A stretch of 39,601 bases of DNA, from contig CAZLVD010000001.1 in assembly GCA_964563095.1 (NCBI GenBank), positions 50,703-90,303 of the forward strand. Reading direction: 5' to 3'. Shown here piece by piece: positions 20,701-27,981 of this stretch; position 1 is the first letter of the stretch; every line of letters begins with the position of its first letter. Both the position numbers and the translations under genes were made by a program. The notes beneath the pieces were generated by a model. The model was not told the DNA's origin. It searched no databases and was given only the letters and a program-made list of their open reading frames with translations. This DNA is from an uncultured Rickettsiales bacterium. Its GTDB lineage: Bacteria > Pseudomonadota > Alphaproteobacteria > CAJXXZ01 > CAZLVD01.

Positions 20701-23234
20701 TGCCTGAAACATCAAAGAATCCATATAAATTTATGAATTTAGAAGATGTATTGCATGCATTTGATCATAATGTAATTAAGAGTCAGCAACATATACAGTT
20801 ATTACATGATGGAAAATGGATGGATACCACGGCTGGTAGAGTAATTTTCTACAAGATTCTACCTCAGCATCAGGAAATTACATTTGAATCTGTCAACAAA
20901 GTAATACGTAACAAAGATATGGCGGCATTGTTTAGAAATATATATAATATTTGCGGACAAGAAGCTACAGGATTACTTGCAGACAAGCTCATGCGTCTAG
21001 GATTTGAATATGCTACAAAATCTGGTATTACATTCGCTCTAAATGACTTACGTATTCCTCAAATGAAGACAGAATTAGTTGCTACTGTAAATGAAAAAGT
21101 ACAATCGCTGCAACAGCAATACTTAGAAGGTATGATTTCTGATAACGAAAGACATAACGCTGCTCAGGACCTTTGGATGCAATGTATGGATAGTCTGTCT
21201 GAGTATGTAAAATCAGGGATGACTGAAAATGGTCAAAATGATATATACGCCATGATTGATTCTGGTGCTAGAGGTACAAAACAACAGTTAATGCACATGA
21301 TTGGTATGAGAGGTCTTGTGGTAACTACTACTGGTAAAGTGCTTGAACATATGATTCAAGAGTGTTATAAAGAAGGTTTGACTATCAGATCATTCTTCGA
21401 TACAACTCATGGTACTAGAAAAGGTGTTGCCGATACTGCTCTTCGTACAGCTGTTGCCGGTTACTTGACTAGAAGATTGGTTGACGTAGCTCAGGATTGT
21501 GTAGTCTTAGAAGATGATTGCGGATGTACTGATGGATTAGTAAAACATGCTATATATCAAGGTGATACTGTAGTAGAACATCTATTTGCTCGTTTAGAGG
21601 GTAGAGTATTAGCTCATGATATTAAAGATGAACATGATGTTACAATAATATCTGCAGGAACATTAATAGATAAAACACATGCTGATATTATACAAAAACA
21701 TAATGTGAAATCTGCTACTATCCGTTCAGTATTGACATGTCAGACGAAAAATGGTGTATGTGCGGCTTGTTATGGTATAGATCTTGGACGTAACAAACTT
21801 GTTGGATTTGGTACAGCTGTCGGTGTGATAGCAGCTCAATCTATCAGTGAGCCAAGTACGCAGTTGACATTACGTACATTCCATCAGGGTGGTGCTGCTC
21901 ATAAAGATGTTGAAGAATCTACAATCATGAGCCCTATTGCTGGTATATTAACGTATAATGAGACTCATACAGTAATAAATAGACATGATGAAGCTATTGT
22001 CATTCGTAAGCATTTAGAATGTGTATTGAAAGATACTCATGATAATGAATTTAAATATACTATTCCTTATGGTGCTAAAGTATGTTTCAAGAACAAGTCT
22101 AAGATAGATAAGGGTGATATGATCGCTGAATGGGATCCGTATTCCATGCCAATTATTACAGAATCTACAGGTATAGCTAAGTACATAGATTTACTAGATG
22201 ATGTGACTATTAAGAAGAGCGAAGGTGATTCTGGTATTATGACTGTGACAGATTGGCGTAAGTTAAGCGTACAGCGTGAATACAGACCTGCAATACAGCT
22301 GATTAATGAGGATGGCACACCTATTATTACTGAATATGGTGCTGATTTGAAGTATTATTTACATGCTGGCGCTATGATTATGATAAAAGATGGACAGCAG
22401 ATCTTGCCTGGTGATGTCATTGCTAAGTTATCTAAAGCTCAGTCAAAATCTAAAGATATTACAGGTGGATTGCCAATGATTTCTGATTTATGTGAAGCTC
22501 GTGAGCCTGTAAATAAAGCTATCTTGTCCATGACAGCAGGTACAGTAAGATTTATTAAAGATAAACGTCAAACAAGACGTATTGCTGTACAGGATGCCGA
22601 TGGTAATACTACAGAATATGCAATTCCATCTCATGCGCATTTACTAGTGCACGAAGGCTATAATGTATCTAAAGGTGATATGTTAACGGATGGACGTATA
22701 TATTCATTTGATATATTGCGTATCTTAGGCACAAAACCTATGGTAGAATTCTTCATTAATGAATTGCAAGATATTTATAGATCTCATGGTATTTCTGTGA
22801 ATGAAAAACATATTGAGATCATAGTGAAATATATGTTGCAAGCTGTTGAAGTAACTGATCCAGGCGATAGCACATACTTACCTGGTGAACGTGTAAATAT
22901 GGAAGAATTTGAGAAGACAAATGCGGAATTATTGGCTAAGGGTGAAAAGATTGCTCATAGCATACCTCATCTGCAGGGTATTTCTGATAGATCGCTTGTG
23001 AAATCAGGATTATCTTCAGCTGCCTTCCAGGATTCAATTAAGTATATGTTGAATGCTATATATAGTGGCTTTACCGATGATTTAACCAGTCATGTTAAGA
23101 CTGCTATGATGACGGCTAATTTGGCTAATATCGGTACAGGTGCTTATGTATATAAATTACATAATCAATATTACGCAACGCAAGCTCAGCAGAGCGCAGT
23201 GATCGATGAAGCTATTACAGAAGTTGCTGTGTAA
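14763..23234 (+). CDS. rpoBC: DNA-directed RNA polymerase beta-beta' fusion protein
   Basis: Single 2823-codon ORF. The beta part contains [17 protein letters not shown] and [29 protein letters not shown]. The beta' part contains [54 protein letters not shown] and the C-terminal domains. The junction is at about 19150-19210. Confidence 0.95.
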   Translation: [2823 protein letters not shown]

Positions 23235-23494
23235 ATAATACAATGATAGATGAGTATATTATATGTATAATGAATATGTTGTATATGTATATGTTCTGAT
23301 CTTCTATAAACATGTTTACTCTAATAAATTTTTCTTCATATAGCATATTAATATACATGCTCTCTGAATGATTGATTTTCTGATTATGTAAATATCGAAG
23401 CAGATTGTATTGTATCGAAAACATATGTATGAATAGTATTGTATAAATTACTATTTGATACATAACACCATATATGAGACTACTATTATTCTCA

Positions 23495-25189
23495 CTAGAT
23501 AATTTGATATTGTGCATCTGTATGCATTAGAGTATTAGCTTTCAATGTTTCTCCAAAGATTTTCGCAAATAAATATGATTGTACTGGGAATTTTGGATTA
23601 GTATATATTTTATACATAAAACAGGGTATTGCAGTAAGTATATTTTCTATCACAGTATGTGTGACAGTATTACAGCATTCAATGCGTTCAATATACTGCT
23701 CTATATTTACATGATCTGTATTAAGATGTCTATAGAGTTGTAGTAATTGATTTAAAATTACGGATGCTTTTTTATAGCTAAATTGCCCTAAATAATTGAT
23801 ATGTAAAGCATGTATAGCTGCTGTGTATTCAGACGAGGGTAGTCCGGCTTTACTTTTACTCATAGTTTCAATATGTGTGCATTTTAAACCTGCTACCGGA
23901 TCATTCATATTCCATGTTGTACCTACTGGAGCGTTTAGATTTTGATTATAATATAAGACTTTAGGTGTAACAATTTCTTCGCTTTGATCTATTTCATTTA
24001 CAGTATCTTTTGAAGCATCTGTATTACCTTTTGAACTCAATCCAAGCATAAATTGCTCATCATTCTTAAATAAAATCCATGTATCTGTACTGTTCATGCC
24101 ATCTAAGTAATTATGATAGATTTTATCATGACTATGTAATGCATCAGTTTTCACTACGCTTGTAATTTTACTTACCGAATGAATCACTACATTTGGATCT
24201 AAAGATGTAATACGTTCAAAGCTACTCAAATGCTGTGTGGTAATGGGAGTTGCATGACCTTCAAAGATATTTAATGCTGGAGTACAGTTTGTCAGGAATA
24301 TATTCTTGTGCAAGGTGACTGATTTAGTACTTACAGTATCCGCTAGAGGAATGATAATAGTTTGATCTGTATTAATCACATCTATATCTGCATCTTCTAA
24401 TATAATATCAAAGAACATGAATTTTTTGTAACATACCATAAATTCATACAATAAACTGAAACGATTGTCTTCATGACGCTGAGTAGTCATTTCTGTAGCT
24501 GACAGATGATCTGATGATTCAAAACCTATTGCTTTGATTTTAAATTTGGTCAACATTGCTTTAAAATTTTTCAATATATATATATTCTTGTCAGATCTAT
24601 CAAAAATCAATTTATATATAGTCAGTGCATTAGTATAATTTGTATTGATATATAATCTCACTACATTACGTGTAATATTATACATTGGTATCTCAAGAGC
24701 TGTTTTACATGAGAAATTATATAAATATCCATCAGTAAACTTTGCGGACCCAATTTCGATTGTATTGAGATCTACAGGATACAATGTTCTCATATGCAAT
24801 TGAGATGACAATACATTATTATTTACAGTTTGATCAAGAGGATTATCTGTATATAGATCTGTATTACGTGGAATAACATAACCTGTGTTTTTTGGTGAAG
24901 GGGTAAGCTGAAAAATACCATGTCCTGGCGTATCATAGACCAAATGCGGAGCTAATATCTGTAAAATATTTTGATTAATATAATTAAACTGAGTATCTAT
25001 TTTTTGTGAAATACGTCCTGTTAGAAATGCAAAGGATTCTATCAATTTGGACATATGAGGATCTCTAAATTCATTCAAATGTATACCTAATTTACTTGCT
25101 ATATGAGGATACTGCGCTGCGAAAGTTTGACCTTCTTCATTCAAATACTCTAGTTCTTTTAGATAATATTGCAATTGTTGGTTGCTCAT
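23495..25189 (-). CDS. tssF: Type VI secretion system baseplate subunit TssF (ImpG/VasA family)
   Basis: The N-terminus LQYYLKELEYLNEEGQTFAAQYPHIASKLGIHLNEFRDPHMSKLIESFAFLTGRISQKIDTQF...ILAPHLVYDTPGHGIFQLTP matches the TssF hallmark (YY..EL.YL...G.eFA..YP.iA..L......DP.vErLlEgfAFL.aR...KlD..fP......L..LyPhyL.PiPs..i.qf.P). It is 564 aa and intact. Confidence 0.8.
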   Translation of the reverse strand: MSNQQLQYYLKELEYLNEEGQTFAAQYPHIASKLGIHLNEFRDPHMSKLIESFAFLTGRISQKIDTQFNYINQNILQILAPHLVYDTPGHGIFQLTPSPKNTGYVIPRNTDLYTDNPLDQTVNNNVLSSQLHMRTLYPVDLNTIEIGSAKFTDGYLYNFSCKTALEIPMYNITRNVVRLYINTNYTNALTIYKLIFDRSDKNIYILKNFKAMLTKFKIKAIGFESSDHLSATEMTTQRHEDNRFSLLYEFMVCYKKFMFFDIILEDADIDVINTDQTIIIPLADTVSTKSVTLHKNIFLTNCTPALNIFEGHATPITTQHLSSFERITSLDPNVVIHSVSKITSVVKTDALHSHDKIYHNYLDGMNSTDTWILFKNDEQFMLGLSSKGNTDASKDTVNEIDQSEEIVTPKVLYYNQNLNAPVGTTWNMNDPVAGLKCTHIETMSKSKAGLPSSEYTAAIHALHINYLGQFSYKKASVILNQLLQLYRHLNTDHVNIEQYIERIECCNTVTHTVIENILTAIPCFMYKIYTNPKFPVQSYLFAKIFGETLKANTLMHTDAQYQII

Positions 25190-25246
25190 GATGATATTGT
25201 GTAGTGCAAAAGTTAATTTTTGATGATCGCTTATGAAAAAAGATTA

Positions 25247-25306
25247 CATATGACTGCTGTGGAGATAAGCTTTCATATAATTGCATATGATTACTGTGGA
25301 GATAAG
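25247..25306. repeat. 23-nt direct repeat x 2 (period 37) in the tssF / tssJ-like divergent spacer
   Basis: CATATGACTGCTGTGGAGATAAG (25247-25269) and CATATGATTACTGTGGAGATAAG (25284-25306) differ by 2 mismatches. Confidence 0.85.
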
Positions 25307-25372
25307 AATATTTTTGTGATTTTCTCATTCATATTAACAAATTATTAGATTTTTATTGGAAAATCAAATAAG

Positions 25373-25882
25373 ATGTTACGTGTATTATTATTATTATTCT
25401 TACCTGTGATTGCGGAGATGGATATTGGCTTTGGTATAGGTCTGCATAGTTTTAGATCGGAAGCGGGTATGATATTAGATGGATCTGCTATAAATATTCA
25501 TATAGTGCTTGCATATAGTGCAGATTTAGTGGCAAAGCTCAAGAATATGCGTTCTGAAGAATATTTTGCTCAAGTTAGTTCATTAAAAAATGCTCATCCT
25601 AAAGAGATGTATGTATGGACTTTCGAACAGCAACCTCAATCTAATAATCCTGTAGAGATACTATTATGGCCAGCAAATCAAGTAACGTGCTTGCAGGCAT
25701 TTGTTTTTGTAGATTATCGTAATGGTAAAGATAATCGTGTAACTGTTCCTCGCTCTACCAGACATCTTACATTAAGATTGGGACAGAATGAGATTGATGC
25801 TATTATTTTACGTGATGAGAGAGTAGCGGGTAAGCCTACGAAAGCCGTAGAAGTTGCTCCAAAAGCCACAATTTTTGGATAA
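25373..25882 (+). CDS. Small secreted protein, possible TssJ-like (T6SS outer-membrane component); tentative
   Basis: 169 aa with signal-like MLRVLLLLFLPVIA. The size and beta-rich pattern are loosely colinear with TssJ/SciN: INIHIVLAYSADLVAKL (cf the vvvRiyqLks..aF block), AFVFVDYRNGKDNRVTVP (cf vvAaYrd......Wr.vvp) and LTLRLGQNEI. There is no lipobox Cys. Confidence 0.35.
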   Translation: MLRVLLLLFLPVIAEMDIGFGIGLHSFRSEAGMILDGSAINIHIVLAYSADLVAKLKNMRSEEYFAQVSSLKNAHPKEMYVWTFEQQPQSNNPVEILLWPANQVTCLQAFVFVDYRNGKDNRVTVPRSTRHLTLRLGQNEIDAIILRDERVAGKPTKAVEVAPKATIFG

Positions 25883-26008
25883 ATGCTAGAGAAAATGAGA
25901 TGATGGACTGCGTTTGTGCTTGTGCTATGCGGTGCGATGATGTGAGATGCTTGCTGTGATGTGAGATGTTCTTGCTCGGTATTGTGGCTTGCGATATACT
26001 ATATTACT

Positions 26009-26422
26009 ATGCGTAAATTTTTAGCAAATAAGCTTATTCGTGATAAATTACCTGAGATACTCAAGACAGTAAATGGCACTCATTTAGACTGTATGAATAT
26101 CACAGATGAGCATTTAATACAAGCTTTAAAGCAAAAATTATTGGAAGAGTCGAATGAAGTATTGTCGGCAGCATCTACAGATGAGATAAAACATGAAATT
26201 GCTGATGTGCTAGAGGTGATCGACGGATTGTGTAGATGTTTACATATAGCAATGGAAGAGGTGATAGTTATAAAACGCGCTAAACGAGATGCGCGCGGTG
26301 GCTTTGATATGGGTATTTTTTGTAAGACTATCAATGTAGATGAGAGGGATGTTGATAAAATACAATATTATGCTGATAAGCCAGAATATATTGAAATGCC
26401 AGATGTTGAAGATGTCAAATAG
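26009..26422 (+). CDS. MazG-like / PRA-PH-like all-alpha NTP pyrophosphohydrolase
   Basis: KLIRDKLPEIL...KQKLLEESNEV...EIADVLEVIDGL...KRAKRDARGGFD matches the house-cleaning NTP-PPase pattern (KLVRDkIPEII...KL.EE..E....EElADllEVi.al......K...RGgF). Start chosen at ATG 26009; the ORF opens at GTG 25961. Confidence 0.7.
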   Translation: MRKFLANKLIRDKLPEILKTVNGTHLDCMNITDEHLIQALKQKLLEESNEVLSAASTDEIKHEIADVLEVIDGLCRCLHIAMEEVIVIKRAKRDARGGFDMGIFCKTINVDERDVDKIQYYADKPEYIEMPDVEDVK

Positions 26423-26800
26423 TGTACTGTAAACAGATATATTCTATGAGCTAATATCGACGTTTGGACTATTGAATATATGAATCAGTATGATAATAGC
26501 GCATGATATACAATTTCATATTGTGCTATATCGTGATTTATGTATCAATACTATTAATATCTTCAAATCAGAAATATTTATATATCATTAGATTTTGGTA
26601 TGATTAAAAATGATTATCTTTTTTATCTTTTAATAGTAAAGCGATATATGTGCGTTTGGATATGAATCTAAGTATAGATTATAAAATCTATATGTTTGAT
26701 GTATGTGAATACTATACTGCAAGTAGTAGTAATCTTGACATCGCTAGTCATTTTATGATTTAATAATAAAGATTGTATATTGAATTGTATAAACAGATTA

Positions 26801-26857
26801 ATTACAAGATTACTTTCTTCTTTGACGAATACGATTATCTGTGCGTTTATTATTACA
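26801..26857 (-). pseudogene. Duplicated fragment of the rplB 3' end (last ~16 codons, stop and 9 nt)
   Basis: ATTACAAGATTACTTTCTTCTTTGACGAATACGATTATCTGT(G/A)CGTTTATTATTAC is read at 26801 and again at 26898. The latter copy is the genuine rplB terminus. One mismatch. Confidence 0.85.
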
Positions 26858-26906
26858 TAATATTGACCGATATTATTTGAAACTCTATCTGAATATAATT
26901 ACAAGA

Positions 26907-27734
26907 TTACTTTCTTCTTTGACGAATACGATTATCTGTACGTTTATTATTACGTGTTTTGAAGCCTTTAGCTGGGATACCTGTTCTAGAACAAGGATGA
27001 CGACCACCTGAAGATTTACCATTACCACCACCCATTGGATGATCAATAGGGTTCTTGGCAACAGCTCTAACGCGAGGTCTAATACCTTTATGTCTATTTT
27101 TACCAGCTTTTGATAAATGCTCATTCATATGATCGCCATTAGATACAATACCGATTGTAGCCATGCAGTTACCATGTATTGTGCTTAATTCACCAGAAGG
27201 CATGCGTACTAATACAGAAGTACCCTCGTGACCAAGAATTTGCAATGAAGATCCAGCTGATTTAGCTATCTGACCGCCTTTACCAATCTTTAATTCTACA
27301 TTATGAACGAAGAAACCGAGAGGTATATTTTTGATCTGTGTAGCATTACCATCTTTCATTGGAATCGCATCACCAGACATAATTTTATCACCTGTTTTCA
27401 TCTTGTCTGTAGATAAGATGTATGCTTTAGCTCCATCTTCATACTGCACTAATGCTAAAAATGCTGTTCTATTTGGATCATATTCAAAACGTACTACTGT
27501 ACCTTCTTTATTCCAATGAACTAAACGCTTACTATCAACCACACGTAATACTTTCTTATGTGCTGCTGAACCGCGTCTAGGTGATGTGATATGACCGTGA
27601 TGGTTACGACCACCTGTTCTTGTTACGCCAAATGTTAATGATTTTTCTGGCTTACCTCTCCATAATCCACGTTTATCTACAAGTGTTAAATGTCTTCTAG
27701 ATGACGTGGTAGGCTTATAATGTATTAATGCCAT
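26907..27734 (-). CDS. rplB: 50S ribosomal protein L2
   Basis: 275 aa with typical L2 blocks: GRNHHGHITSPRRGS, VVRFEYDPNRTAFLALVQYEDG, GNGKSSGGRHP. Confidence 0.95.
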   Translation of the reverse strand: MALIHYKPTTSSRRHLTLVDKRGLWRGKPEKSLTFGVTRTGGRNHHGHITSPRRGSAAHKKVLRVVDSKRLVHWNKEGTVVRFEYDPNRTAFLALVQYEDGAKAYILSTDKMKTGDKIMSGDAIPMKDGNATQIKNIPLGFFVHNVELKIGKGGQIAKSAGSSLQILGHEGTSVLVRMPSGELSTIHGNCMATIGIVSNGDHMNEHLSKAGKNRHKGIRPRVRAVAKNPIDHPMGGGNGKSSGGRHPCSRTGIPAKGFKTRNNKRTDNRIRQRRK

Positions 27735-27862
27735 GTTTTACTCCTCGATAAGTATTCCATTTATTGTAGCAGGCTCGATATAATATAGCAAGAGTATATT
27801 CGTATTTTTTACAGATGATTAGCAGAGTTTATTGTTCGCGAGAAAAAATATACTAGTCAGAG

Positions 27863-27897
27863 CGCATGCAAGACGTATGCAAGAGCGCATGCAAGAA
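27863..27897. repeat. GC-rich 12-nt motif x 3 (GCGCATGCAAGA / CGTATGCAAGA / GCGCATGCAAGA) in the rplW-rplB spacer
   Basis: Read directly. Each unit carries the palindrome (G)CATGC. It sits in an otherwise AT-rich 247-bp gap. Confidence 0.8.
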
Positions 27898-27981
27898 TGT
27901 GTATGAATGTTTGCTAGTGAATGCAGTAAACATATCAAATCATATTAATATAAAATTTATTGACTCGCGTGAAGTATTTAT

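Noticed and set aside
17110-22318. Four minus-strand ORFs (17110..17343, 19838..20149, 20246..20527, 22067..22318)
   Set aside because: All are embedded antisense in the strongly conserved rpoBC coding sequence. They are shadow ORFs.
23215-23517. 100-aa minus-strand ORF just downstream of tssF, considered as a tssG remnant
   Set aside because: It has no similarity to the TssG N-terminal motif (FdFfQa.RlLE). It overlaps both the rpoBC 3' end and the tssF stop, and is Ile/Tyr/Asn-rich as expected from AT-rich noncoding DNA.
25137-25328. 63-aa minus-strand ORF upstream of tssF, considered as tssE
   Set aside because: It overlaps the tssF start by ~50 nt in another frame, is far shorter than TssE, and shows no gp25-like motif.
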